Of a stretch of DNA of 64,000 nt, positions 18,561-28,706 are shown piece by piece. The translations under genes were made by a program, and so were the position numbers. How positions within the stretch are numbered: the first letter of the stretch is position 1; every line of letters begins with the position of its first letter. Under the pieces are notes generated by a model. The model was not told where the DNA came from, did not search any database, and saw only the letters and a program-made list of their open reading frames with translations. The DNA comes from a virus (taxonomy: Duplodnaviria > Caudoviricetes): IMG/VR virus record IMGVR_UViG_3300007512_001664, positions 128,001 through 192,000 of that record; one strand, written 5' to 3'.

Positions 18561-19242
18561 GTTCTAACAGAGTATTATAGAAGTATTCTTCTGATTTGCT
18601 ATATTCTTCTGTGTGGTTGAGTAGGCCAGGTGATTCATGAATAATGTGAATAGGGGCAGTGGTTAAGCGCAAACCAGCTAAATGACAATCTAAACAAAAT
18701 TTTAGATCATAATAATGGAATCCTTTAAGGTTAGTATCAAATTTTATTTTTTTCTCGGAAATTGATTTTGTCCGAATTGCAAGAAACACTCCGTCTAATA
18801 ATACTACTTCTTTAGGTGTTTGGCCGAAGATTGTAGGGGCATAATCTGTATTATTATGATAATGTGACACTATACCAGACATAGTATCTGGCTTACATAA
18901 TAAATGCCATAAACAAGGTTTTTGAACTTGTAACTTACTTCCTCCAGCGACACCGATAATATCAAATCCTCGCTTAAACGCATTACGAATTTCTACTAAG
19001 AAATTTATGCTATCAATAAATACATCATCATGTACAAAAAGGATACAGTCATATTTTTTAAAATTTTCTGGTATAAGATAATTATTATAAACAGCACACA
19101 ATCCACTAGTATTTTTATATGTAGGCTGTAAGTCGAAAGTAGTTATAGTGTTTTCATCGTGATGAGTTAAGCTTTTAGATAATCTAGTTGTTTTAAAGAT
19201 GGCTTCAGTAGTTTGAGTTGCAACCGCAATTAAAGTTTTCAT
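18541..19242 (-). CDS. GT-A fold glycosyltransferase (GT2-like, Glyco_tranf_2_5 type)
   Basis: AVYNN, LFVHDDV, IIGVAG, LDGVFLA, FHYYDL, HES. Confidence 0.75.
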   Translation of the reverse strand: MKTLIAVATQTTEAIFKTTRLSKSLTHHDENTITTFDLQPTYKNTSGLCAVYNNYLIPENFKKYDCILFVHDDVFIDSINFLVEIRNAFKRGFDIIGVAGGSKLQVQKPCLWHLLCKPDTMSGIVSHYHNNTDYAPTIFGQTPKEVVLLDGVFLAIRTKSISEKKIKFDTNLKGFHYYDLKFCLDCHLAGLRLTTAPIHIIHESPGLLNHTEEYSKSEEYFYNTLLEHANKRK

Positions 19243-19877
19243 ATAAAAAATGGAGAATTTAATTTAAATGTATTAGTTTTAGTAAAGTTATTTTTACTAA
19301 AATTAAATTCATATACTGTACCCTCTTCCACCATTTCCCATTCCGAATATGGCGCTGAACTAAATGATTTATTATCAGTAAATAATGTGGAACCGGATCT
19401 AAAAATACGTAACCTACCCATATCTGGTTCATACATCCAGCATCCAAATGTTCCTTCAATTTCCGATAGAGCGTTTTGTATACCAGACATATATATCAAC
19501 GGTAATATTATACTACTATCTACTTTATTTACCTTACTTGATAATGTGTATTTTTCTTTTAATTTATCAAAATTTTGTAGTACGCCGTTATGCGCTAAAT
19601 ATGTATTTTTATATGAAAATGGATGTGATGTATCAATATTAAAAGTTCTAACTTCTGTCGTAGGGGACTGTACATGTCCTAGGTAATATAAACAAAATGG
19701 ATTTTCTTCTATATGTCTATTAAAATCTTGTTCGTATTTCGTCATTACGCGGACATTATTTTTCATTCCGCTAGGAAACATCATTGTTACGCTACGTACA
19801 AAATTACCCCTTTCTGAGTTCTTTGTATATAACTCTCTAAATGTTTTAATATCTGTTGAACCAAAAATACCACACAT
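19239..19877 (-). CDS. Class II (Ntn) glutamine amidotransferase
   Basis: N-terminal MCGIFG nucleophile, GHVQSPT, HPF, AHNG, VDS. Confidence 0.85.
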   Translation of the reverse strand: MCGIFGSTDIKTFRELYTKNSERGNFVRSVTMMFPSGMKNNVRVMTKYEQDFNRHIEENPFCLYYLGHVQSPTTEVRTFNIDTSHPFSYKNTYLAHNGVLQNFDKLKEKYTLSSKVNKVDSSIILPLIYMSGIQNALSEIEGTFGCWMYEPDMGRLRIFRSGSTLFTDNKSFSSAPYSEWEMVEEGTVYEFNFSKNNFTKTNTFKLNSPFFI

Positions 19878-19878
19878 A

Positions 19879-20835
19879 TTATTTTAATTGTATGAACTTT
19901 GTATCACTCAGGCAACTTAAATCTTTACACCCGGCGTATGAAATAGAGCTCTTAAGAGCTTTTTCGATTTCTTTTAATCTAATATTATACTCTGGAGCTA
20001 AGTCTATTGCTATCTCTCTCCCTTCAACGAAATTTAATTTATTTCCCTTTTGCATATATGATGTACTTCCATAATATTCCTTATACCCATCAACAATTTT
20101 AGCTGGTGAGTCTACACACCCTGCAAAGAAAGAACCAGCCATTACACAGTCTGCTCCAGCAACTAATGCTTTTGCGACATCTCCAAATTCTCGACAACCA
20201 CCATCGGCCATTATTTTAGCTTTTGTTTTATGTGAGGTAATTTTTAACAATGTTGAAAACATTGGTGTACCAAAGCCTGTTTTATATCTCGTAGTACAAA
20301 TAACTCCAGATCCGATTCCTACTTTAATAACGTCAGCACCGGAGTCTTCTAAAAAATGGAACCCGTCGTATGTTCCAACATTACCAGCGATAACTATTAC
20401 ATCAGGTAAATTCCTTTTAACGTATCTAATCATATTACCGACTTTTTGATGATGTCCGTGCGCAACGTCAATTGTAATAATATCAACTTTATAATTATTA
20501 TCTATAATCGCTTCTAATTCTTGATATGATTTTTCATTTACCCCTATACTGACACTCACACAATTACAATTAAGCTCATTAAGTTGTCGCACTGTTTCAA
20601 ATACATCCTGAAATCGATGCATAATATAAAAATAATTATTATCATCTAATTGCTTACAGAGTTTGAGATCTATTACCGTTTCCATGTTAGATGGAACAAC
20701 TGGTAGATTAAATGTAAACTTACCTAATTTAAAAGATGTGTCGGCGTTGTTTCGAGTATCTAATTGACTATATCCTGGTACTAATAAGATATCAGAATAT
20801 TCTAGCTCTTTACCATGGTATATCTGTTCGCTCAT
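19879..20835 (-). CDS. guaC: GMP reductase
   Basis: PSNMETV, MHRF, IDVAHGH, AGNV, KVGIGSGVICTT, MADGG, YYGS, VEG. Confidence 0.9.
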   Translation of the reverse strand: MSEQIYHGKELEYSDILLVPGYSQLDTRNNADTSFKLGKFTFNLPVVPSNMETVIDLKLCKQLDDNNYFYIMHRFQDVFETVRQLNELNCNCVSVSIGVNEKSYQELEAIIDNNYKVDIITIDVAHGHHQKVGNMIRYVKRNLPDVIVIAGNVGTYDGFHFLEDSGADVIKVGIGSGVICTTRYKTGFGTPMFSTLLKITSHKTKAKIMADGGCREFGDVAKALVAGADCVMAGSFFAGCVDSPAKIVDGYKEYYGSTSYMQKGNKLNFVEGREIAIDLAPEYNIRLKEIEKALKSSISYAGCKDLSCLSDTKFIQLK

Positions 20836-21496
20836 ATTCGATTGGGTCTTTGATTTTATTCTCTAAAAAGCCTTGTATACGTGAACTACAAGCAGTACAA
20901 TAACCGCATGCAACTTCTTTACCTTCATAACAAGTCCAAGTGTCTTCAAAACGCACACCATTATCTAATCCCAGTTTTACGATTTCTCGTTTAGATAACT
21001 CAATTAACGGTGCTTCTATTTTAATTAGATTTTTTCTATTTAAACTTGTAACGTTATTAATTTCAGTTAAAAATTCCTTACTACCATCCCAGTATCCAGC
21101 CTGACTATCTACCAAGGCTGATCCATGATAAACAGTATTAGCTCCGACCGCTTCAGCATATGAACATGCAATAGACAGCATCATCATATTACGAAATGGC
21201 ACATAGTTTACAGTTTGAGCGTCTCCTAGAACATCTCTCGTATGAGCGACTTTAATTTTATTGTTTGTTAAGGAAGAAGTATTAGCAATAGTTTTAAAAA
21301 ATTGTATATCTAATATTTTATGTTGTTCGATACAATCATAATTAATTAATTGAAACCCTGCGAATTGAATTTCTTTACGATGCTTTTGACCGTAATCAAA
21401 AGTTATTGCATATATATCATCATGTCGATCCGCTGCTATGCTTAGTATTACGGAACTATCTAAACCTCCTGAAATAGGTACAACTGCTTTACTCAT
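20810..21496 (-). CDS. queC: 7-cyano-7-deazaguanine synthase
   Basis: SGGLDS, FDYGQKH, VPFRN, TWTCY, CGYCTAC..R. Confidence 0.93.
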   Translation of the reverse strand: MSKAVVPISGGLDSSVILSIAADRHDDIYAITFDYGQKHRKEIQFAGFQLINYDCIEQHKILDIQFFKTIANTSSLTNNKIKVAHTRDVLGDAQTVNYVPFRNMMMLSIACSYAEAVGANTVYHGSALVDSQAGYWDGSKEFLTEINNVTSLNRKNLIKIEAPLIELSKREIVKLGLDNGVRFEDTWTCYEGKEVACGYCTACSSRIQGFLENKIKDPIEYERTDIPW

Positions 21497-22577
21497 CTTC
21501 TTGTTCTAATATAGCACCCTCGTCTAATGATTTACCATACCGGTATTTTTCATTTATAGAAGATTCTAACTTAGGTAATATAGATTTCCACGTCTCTTCG
21601 TCATTGCGCCAATTCTTATAATAACCTAATTTTTTATCCCCCATACTATATGTAGAACCATTTTGTTGTACAATACCGTGAGATACGGCAATATCTTTTA
21701 ATCCAGAATATTTTTCTAGACCTGTTTTGAAATTTAAATATGCTTCCGCTTGTAAAAATGCTGGAATAAATCTATTTTTTACGGTAAGCATTCTAAGAGT
21801 AACTCCGGAATAGTTTCTACTTTCTGATAGCGCCTCGTCGTTGTCGTTTGAAGCGTCAGTTCTTTCTTTTTTAGCTGCCATTTGGACTAATAAAGAAGCC
21901 ATGTACATAGGGCCCGACCCACCAGCTTGTTGCTTGACTAAGGTAGGATGGAGTGCACCAGGATCAGCATATGTATGATTACTACATATAATAGTTGTAC
22001 CGGTCACCGCGGCCTTATATGTAATAATACGCATCATGGATTTTAGCTGTTTGGCCCGCAGCCCCATGTCCATGGCTCCTTTATTAGACTCAGCATCAAG
22101 AATTTCTTTTGATGATGCTAAATTACCTAATGAATCTATTGATATAATAAATTTTCCGTGAAGTTCTGGTTCATTTTCTACTTCATCTAAAAATGCCATT
22201 ATTTGATTACGACAGTTTTCTACAGTATCTATTGGAACATACTTTACATTAGAAACATCTAGACCTACATTTTCTGCACCTTCTTTTTCAATAGCGACCT
22301 CTGTGTCAAATATTATAGGTATCATTCCTTGCTTTTGAGCTTTAGCGAGAATTTTATTTAAAATAAAAGTCTTACCGCATTGAGACTCTCCAGCGAAAAT
22401 TGTAATTCTACCCTTAGGTACGCCACCATGTAGTGACCCAGATAGGATAGAATTTAATACTAAACAACCTGTATCAATCCACTCTGTTACATTACTCAGA
22501 GTGTTTTTCTCTAAAGTAGTAGCATTGCTGTTAAGCTTTTGGAGCTTAGCAAATGCCTTATCAACCAGTTTTGACAT
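21489..22577 (-). CDS. uvsX: UvsX/RecA-like recombinase
   Basis: IDTG..LN..LSGS..GG.P.GR, GESQCGKT, DTE, IDSLGNL, GGSG, KNRF. Confidence 0.93.
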   Translation of the reverse strand: MSKLVDKAFAKLQKLNSNATTLEKNTLSNVTEWIDTGCLVLNSILSGSLHGGVPKGRITIFAGESQCGKTFILNKILAKAQKQGMIPIIFDTEVAIEKEGAENVGLDVSNVKYVPIDTVENCRNQIMAFLDEVENEPELHGKFIISIDSLGNLASSKEILDAESNKGAMDMGLRAKQLKSMMRIITYKAAVTGTTIICSNHTYADPGALHPTLVKQQAGGSGPMYMASLLVQMAAKKERTDASNDNDEALSESRNYSGVTLRMLTVKNRFIPAFLQAEAYLNFKTGLEKYSGLKDIAVSHGIVQQNGSTYSMGDKKLGYYKNWRNDEETWKSILPKLESSINEKYRYGKSLDEGAILEQEDE

Positions 22578-22578
22578 A

Positions 22579-22935
22579 TTATTCCTCGAATAATGTTACT
22601 TCAGGTATGTTCTCGTCAGATAGCGTGGTCGCGGCAGGTTCAGGGTTTGACTCTTCCTTGACATTAATCTTAGCATTATAATGAACTAATATTTTATCAG
22701 AAATAGTAACCTCGACTTCTGTGTATTGAGTGTTTAGATATTTAAATATTGGCGCTTCACCGCTAGAAAATTCAGTAAAGAATAACGGCATAACATCAAC
22801 TTTCATATTAGCAGCGTCATTGGGCGTTACCATAATCATCGCTGGTGCTTTAACTCTTAAAGATGAATCTGTTTGCTCTACTAGCTCTCCGAAACACGTC
22901 CTACCTATACTATCAATGTATGTAATGATATCCAT
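22579..22935 (-). CDS. Hypothetical protein (Sm-like fold possible)
   Basis: First gene after a sigma70-like promoter; beta-rich. Confidence 0.7.
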   Translation of the reverse strand: MDIITYIDSIGRTCFGELVEQTDSSLRVKAPAMIMVTPNDAANMKVDVMPLFFTEFSSGEAPIFKYLNTQYTEVEVTISDKILVHYNAKINVKEESNPEPAATTLSDENIPEVTLFEE

Positions 22936-22941
22936 GTAATT

Positions 22942-22969
22942 ATTATATTATCAAAAAATTAATTTGCAA
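22942..22969 (-). promoter_or_regulatory. Sigma70-like promoter TTGCAA-16-TATAAT
   Basis: -10 element ends 6 nt before ATG 22935; heads the uvsX-queC-guaC-GATase-GT-41 run. Confidence 0.65.
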
Positions 22970-22974
22970 CGGAT

Positions 22975-25617
22975 TTATTTAAAGAAATCAAATAAATCCG
23001 TATTAACAGCTTCACCGGGTCGAAACGACTTCCAGTTTACGTTGTCATAAAACCTATCAATAACACTATAAACGATTTTATCAAACATTTTTTCATAATC
23101 TATTTTAAAATCTTGTTCAAATTCCGGTGGTATGTCGTACTTAAAACCTAACGAATTCAAACCAAACTTGTTAGGAGAAACTGTATAAAAATATCTTATC
23201 TTATCACCGGAGCTAATATATTCGTGGTTATTAGAGATGTTATAATGATCTAAAAGTTTATTATAATATATAGAAGATTTTACATGAATCGGTGTTCCTT
23301 TTTTAACTGTCCAGTCTTTAGCATATATACTATATTTTTCGTATTCTTTAACACCCATAACAAACGCAATATCTCTTATAGGTAATGATTTAAAAATCTC
23401 ATATGTCTCTTCAAAAATTTCATTTGTAGTGACTTGATTTTCAGTCATAATCATATGTTCAATAATTTTCTTCACATATGGTTTTATTGCATTAGGCATA
23501 GTAGTTCGAACTACTTCTACTCCAGTGTATTTAAATTTATTACAAACAACTCCTTCATCATCTAGTTTGTGTAGGACATATCGCTTCTTTTGTAAAAAAA
23601 TACCTTTATCACAAATAGACTCTCGCTTAAAAACAAATCTAGGATCTTTAGTTAATAGTGTTTCTCTCGCCCATTTTTCAATATGAACATTTAAATCATC
23701 TTCGATGTCTTGTACTAATTTATAAACCCTGTCATCTATTTTATTATTTTCATGCAGCGGAATATTTAAATTCTCAAGGAGCGGAGTTATTGTACAATAC
23801 GAACTATCTGTATCATTATAAATAATAGGATCGTTATTATCTAGTTCTCTATCAGATAATCCTGTTACTCTTTTTATATAATTTCTTAGAATAATATTGC
23901 TCTGTTTAATTACGTCGCGACCAGTTAGCGTAATTGACCGGGCAATATCACCATCAGCCATGGCTGAGTTTTTATTACCGAAATATCCATAAATTCTGTT
24001 AATAAGAATTTTTAGAGTAAATTGCCAGATCCATAATTGATCAATTTTAAATTTAGTATCATTTATCTTTTTTTGTAATTTTTTCTTTGATTCGTTGTTA
24101 GTTTCTTTTTCTAATTTTACCGATAGTTGATGTAATTCTTCACGAGCTTCGTTCCATTCTTGTTTTTTTCCTGATCGTATAGCATAAAAGTGATCTGTAA
24201 TTCTAGGAAAAATTCCTTTGTTCTTTTGTGAAAAAAGCTTCTTAGCTCTTGTTACTGCTATTTCATTTTTAGCGCACCATTTATTAAAATCCCCATAAGA
24301 CATTTCAATATCTTTATTGTTTATTGTCTTTATATATACCTTACCATTATCTGTGCCTACAATACTACCGATCTTTGTTTCTGGACTTAAATTAAGAGTT
24401 ACCATTACACTCGGGTATAGTGAGTTAGCATCAAATGATATAATATTATTTTGAAATCCACGATGAGGTTCACCTACGTAAGCTCCCTCATACTTACCGG
24501 ATCTGTCGTCTCCTTTTATAAAAGTTGGTATAACTCTAGGCGGGTCTGACTTTCTCGCTTCAACGATAGCGCGACCGTTAACTGTACTAATAGTACCTAA
24601 TGCCGCGTTAAATGGAGTTAACCCTATGTAAGACAGCATTCTCGCTAAATCCATATACATGAGCTTAGCATCCAGTTTTACCAGCAATCTTACGTCATGA
24701 ATATTGTAATCAACAAATTTGTCCCAGTCTTCAATAGACAGTGTTGCAAGGTTAGTTTCTCCTATATCTACCTTGTTCTCTCCTAGTTCTATATGAGCTA
24801 TGTTATCTAACTTATAACTGTCTTTCATGCCCATGCTGAAGGTTTTATACACATCTAGATAATCTAGCATTGATACTCCTTCAACTACGTATTTTGATGT
24901 TTGCTGACCGAAATTACCACGGTACACACGTTGGTAAATTGGTTTCATAATTTCATCATGTACGGGTGAAAATAACCGAGTAGCGTCTTCTCCTAATAAG
25001 TTTCTAACTCGATTAATTACATATGGTATATCAAAAGTCTCACTAGCCCAACCAGATAAAATATCAGGTCGATCCTTACAGTAAAAATCTAAAAACTTTT
25101 GCAATAATTCAACCTCAGACTTGCAGTGAATATATTTTACGTCATCGGATTTTGGTTTATATGGATTAATACCCCATGTAAAATACATTTTTTCGACAGT
25201 GTCATAGATTGTAATTACATTAATCATATGACTCGCTTCATCTGGTTTTGGAAATTCGTCAGGGGAATATGTCTCAATATCAAAGAACCATATCTTAAGA
25301 GGGAATTTGCTAAATTCGTCTGTTTCGTTTACTTCCCAAAACCTATCAACTAAAAACTGTTGGTAGGGAGAAATATTTTCATAAATTTTATGATCATTAA
25401 GATCTTCGATTTTTTTTCTTCTATCTAACTCGCTGTTTGCAGTGTGTCTTCGAAGTTTTGTACCGTACAATGAAGTTGCGTCGTATCGATTTGAATTCGT
25501 TTCAGAATAAAAATATGGACGATACGGACAATCAGTTTCAATTCTAACTCCATTCTCATCCCATGTATACAGCCGCATAATGCGCTGATTTGGTATGTAC
25601 GCTAAATTTCTATACAC
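22975..25617 (-). CDS. 43: Family B DNA polymerase (gp43-like)
   Basis: ExoI FDIET, ExoII FDIPY, ExoIII YNIHDV; SFDANSLYPS, K...N..YG, YNDTDS, KKRY; GTG start. Confidence 0.97.
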   Translation of the reverse strand: MYRNLAYIPNQRIMRLYTWDENGVRIETDCPYRPYFYSETNSNRYDATSLYGTKLRRHTANSELDRRKKIEDLNDHKIYENISPYQQFLVDRFWEVNETDEFSKFPLKIWFFDIETYSPDEFPKPDEASHMINVITIYDTVEKMYFTWGINPYKPKSDDVKYIHCKSEVELLQKFLDFYCKDRPDILSGWASETFDIPYVINRVRNLLGEDATRLFSPVHDEIMKPIYQRVYRGNFGQQTSKYVVEGVSMLDYLDVYKTFSMGMKDSYKLDNIAHIELGENKVDIGETNLATLSIEDWDKFVDYNIHDVRLLVKLDAKLMYMDLARMLSYIGLTPFNAALGTISTVNGRAIVEARKSDPPRVIPTFIKGDDRSGKYEGAYVGEPHRGFQNNIISFDANSLYPSVMVTLNLSPETKIGSIVGTDNGKVYIKTINNKDIEMSYGDFNKWCAKNEIAVTRAKKLFSQKNKGIFPRITDHFYAIRSGKKQEWNEAREELHQLSVKLEKETNNESKKKLQKKINDTKFKIDQLWIWQFTLKILINRIYGYFGNKNSAMADGDIARSITLTGRDVIKQSNIILRNYIKRVTGLSDRELDNNDPIIYNDTDSSYCTITPLLENLNIPLHENNKIDDRVYKLVQDIEDDLNVHIEKWARETLLTKDPRFVFKRESICDKGIFLQKKRYVLHKLDDEGVVCNKFKYTGVEVVRTTMPNAIKPYVKKIIEHMIMTENQVTTNEIFEETYEIFKSLPIRDIAFVMGVKEYEKYSIYAKDWTVKKGTPIHVKSSIYYNKLLDHYNISNNHEYISSGDKIRYFYTVSPNKFGLNSLGFKYDIPPEFEQDFKIDYEKMFDKIVYSVIDRFYDNVNWKSFRPGEAVNTDLFDFFK

Positions 25618-25624
25618 TCCTTAT

Positions 25625-25653
25625 AGTATAAAGAATATGAAGCAATAAATCAA
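25625..25653 (-). promoter_or_regulatory. Sigma70-like promoter TTGATT-17-TATACT
   Basis: 7 nt before the gp43 GTG. Confidence 0.65.
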
Positions 25654-26870
25654 CTAATTCCGTTTAAGCGATTAAGATTTTTTCTCTTTGGATCACCATA
25701 CGGAAATGAATATAATTCAGTGTAGAAGTTAATATTATCTTCCATCCATCTGGATTTCATATACTCCCGAGCTCGTTTTACCTCTTTTATATATTTTTTA
25801 TAATCACTAGTTAGATATTTTATTTTATCTATTAAGTCGTCTCCGGTAGTAAATTTATGAAATGCAGTATCATATGTGCATAAGTCTTGACAGATAGTTG
25901 GAATCCCTAGCGCACAACCTTCAATAAATTTTAAATCACTTTTAGCTTTATTAAAATTACTATTTTCTAATGGAGCGTAAAAAACTGTAGGGTTCTTACT
26001 GTATATATATGCAGGGTAATCTACTAAATTAGTCCATTCATGATATTCAATTTTTTTCTGTGATATTAAGTCTCTTAATGTTAATGGAAAGCCCCCTATA
26101 AATACCCATTGAAATTTGTCTACTGTTTTTCTTATCACATCGTTAATATGAAAAAAATCATCTTTCTGTTTGATTCTATTTTCAATATCGAAATGAGCAC
26201 CACTACCACAATATACTACTCTTGGTTTGCGTTTAAATTTTTGAAAATTTTCTTTAATTGTTGTAAGATCAAAATATCTATCCATCCAAAATCTAGGAAT
26301 AAAATTAGGCACAACAGTTACCTGTTTATTACCAGTTTTTTCCATATAGTACTCCTGCATAAACTTATTGGTTACAGTAATTTCGTCACATGCAGCCATG
26401 ATTTCCATACTAGTTTGTCTGATTTTTGGATCTTCAAACGCAAATCTAAATTTATTATAATGAGGTATATCTTCTTTGAATATTATATCGTCTATTTCGT
26501 ATATGACGTTAAAATGTAATTCTTTGGATAATTCTTTTAACCATTTTATATAACTTGCTTGAGTTTTAGTTGCTTGTCGTTGAATTCGGACTGTTTTAAC
26601 TCCACTGTAAAAAGCTTTATCTCCAATCATTACCGTACCACCCTGTACGTTTGCTTTGCTATAGCAGTTAAGCAGCAACTCTGGCCAGATCATTCTCCAA
26701 TGACCACAACCTGAATAATCTGCGTAAAAATTTAAACCTCGGGGAAGATCTGGTGCAGCACCATCTGTCTTAGGACGTTCGTTTTTAGGTCGAGGTAGAG
26801 CTAAAGACGGATTACCTGTCGGTATCGGTGCGAATGGTAAGCGAGGCATATGATTAAGATGCGAAATCAT
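25650..26870 (-). CDS. GT-B-like glycosyltransferase between gp46 and gp43
   Basis: DYSGCGHWRMIWP, QRQ, YEIDD, CDEITV, FN.AKSDLKFIEG.ALG.P..CQD. Confidence 0.72.
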   Translation of the reverse strand: MISHLNHMPRLPFAPIPTGNPSLALPRPKNERPKTDGAAPDLPRGLNFYADYSGCGHWRMIWPELLLNCYSKANVQGGTVMIGDKAFYSGVKTVRIQRQATKTQASYIKWLKELSKELHFNVIYEIDDIIFKEDIPHYNKFRFAFEDPKIRQTSMEIMAACDEITVTNKFMQEYYMEKTGNKQVTVVPNFIPRFWMDRYFDLTTIKENFQKFKRKPRVVYCGSGAHFDIENRIKQKDDFFHINDVIRKTVDKFQWVFIGGFPLTLRDLISQKKIEYHEWTNLVDYPAYIYSKNPTVFYAPLENSNFNKAKSDLKFIEGCALGIPTICQDLCTYDTAFHKFTTGDDLIDKIKYLTSDYKKYIKEVKRAREYMKSRWMEDNINFYTELYSFPYGDPKRKNLNRLNGIS

Positions 26871-26885
26871 TATATAAATTTATTA

Positions 26886-28706
26886 CTAATTACTGGATAA
26901 ATCCACCCGGGTTGTAACGCTATTTTTCTTTTCTAGCATAATAACTTCACCGGAAGCCGCTTTAACAGATTCTTTTCTATGAGAGATAACATATATACTT
27001 TCGTGATGTTTGTCAACTCGTTCTTTAATTATATTTAACACTAGTTCTACTCCCTTCTCATCAAGTGAACTATCTAATAATTCATCGAACATTAATAGAT
27101 TATATGCCACGTCACCTTGTAACCTTCTCATATCTATAAATGTGAATAAAATAGCAAGATCTATATTTTTTCTCTCAGCGCCAGAAAAATTAAAATACGA
27201 GCACTGTTCATTTTTTTCGTTTACAATTTCTTCTTCAAAATATTCATTAAACCTACAAATACAATTCGCGTCCATTTTTTGTAGATAATATAATAATCGT
27301 GTGTTTAAAATATCTAAAATCTTTTTTACAATAAATGATTTGACACCTTCTTCTGATAGAATATATTTTACCACCTCTAATATTTCTAAATCAGAATGTA
27401 TATTATTTGACACCTCTTCTAATTCTTCAACTTCTTTTGCTTTTACTTTTAATTTATTGTTTAATTCTTTTATTTCTAAGCTCGTTTCTCTTTTTGTTAG
27501 TTCTTGTAATTCGCTTTCATTTTCACCGCGATCGTTTTTAAGACTATTAATATGTACCGTGGTTAATCTGTTGTTATTATGAACTGTTTTTATAGTAGAA
27601 ATATATTCATTAAGTTGAGATTCGGCGGTGATATTATTTTCCTTTAAATTAAAAATATTTTTTTGTTGTTGTAATAAGCTTTCAATATCTTGCTCACAAT
27701 TATCGATATCTTTTTTAATTTTATTTTTCTCCTGTAAGATATGATCTCTATCTTCACTAGTAATTTGTCGTAAGCAGACAGGACAACTGTCCCCCTCTGT
27801 GCCTATACTGGAGGTTTGTTTTTTATAAAATTTAATCTCGGTTTGATGTTGAGTAATTTTATTTGAAATAGAATCTAATTGATTTTGAATATCTGTTAGT
27901 TTATTTTTTATAAATTTTAGTTTTTCTTTACTTTTGTTATATAAATCTTTATTTATTTTTTTAATTTTTATTTTATTTTGCTCTATTTCTTCATTTATAA
28001 TTTTTATTCTATCATTTATTTTATCTTTCCTCTCAATAATATTAGTTACTATTTTTTCTTTTTGGTCGTTGAGAAGTTTAAAGATATTAGTTGCATGATC
28101 AAAGTCTTTTGTAATGTGCTCATATTTTTTCTGTACGTCATTATATTCAGACCGTGCTCTTAATAACATATCCGAGAAAATTTCTAAATTTAAAATACCT
28201 TCAATGAATTTTCTTTTTTCAACCTTCTTTTGTGCCATAAAAGGCAACGTAGTGTTGAGTGACATTATAACACAGTTTTGAAATACTTCAGGAGAGCAAC
28301 TAAGTATGTTTTTTATTTTTTTACTAGTGTTCGGTATTGTACTTTCTGTTACATCAACGTCGTTAGCATACAGATAACATTTTGTAGGTTTTAATTTACG
28401 TATAATACGATAGTTATTTGTTTTATTATTTTCGTTTATTGAAAAATGTACTTCAACATATGTATTTTTCTTATTTACAGAATTTACAATAAAGTCTTTC
28501 GACACTTCACGTATAGTCTCGCCAAAAATAGCAAAATGTATTGCATCAGCAATTGTTGACTTACCAACTCCGTTTCTTCTATCTTCCTTATCTCTATTAA
28601 CACCGGTAATTATGTTTAAGCCTGTTTTAAAATTAATCGCGATTGGCTCTTTTCCGATTGATAAGAAATTACTAATTTTTATTGAATTAAAATTTATATA
28701 CTTCAT
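26886..28706 (-). CDS. 46: SMC-like recombination ATPase (gp46)
   Basis: NGVGKST, CPVC hook, FSGAE signature, FDELLDSSLD, ISH. Confidence 0.94.
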   Translation of the reverse strand: MKYINFNSIKISNFLSIGKEPIAINFKTGLNIITGVNRDKEDRRNGVGKSTIADAIHFAIFGETIREVSKDFIVNSVNKKNTYVEVHFSINENNKTNNYRIIRKLKPTKCYLYANDVDVTESTIPNTSKKIKNILSCSPEVFQNCVIMSLNTTLPFMAQKKVEKRKFIEGILNLEIFSDMLLRARSEYNDVQKKYEHITKDFDHATNIFKLLNDQKEKIVTNIIERKDKINDRIKIINEEIEQNKIKIKKINKDLYNKSKEKLKFIKNKLTDIQNQLDSISNKITQHQTEIKFYKKQTSSIGTEGDSCPVCLRQITSEDRDHILQEKNKIKKDIDNCEQDIESLLQQQKNIFNLKENNITAESQLNEYISTIKTVHNNNRLTTVHINSLKNDRGENESELQELTKRETSLEIKELNNKLKVKAKEVEELEEVSNNIHSDLEILEVVKYILSEEGVKSFIVKKILDILNTRLLYYLQKMDANCICRFNEYFEEEIVNEKNEQCSYFNFSGAERKNIDLAILFTFIDMRRLQGDVAYNLLMFDELLDSSLDEKGVELVLNIIKERVDKHHESIYVISHRKESVKAASGEVIMLEKKNSVTTRVDLSSN

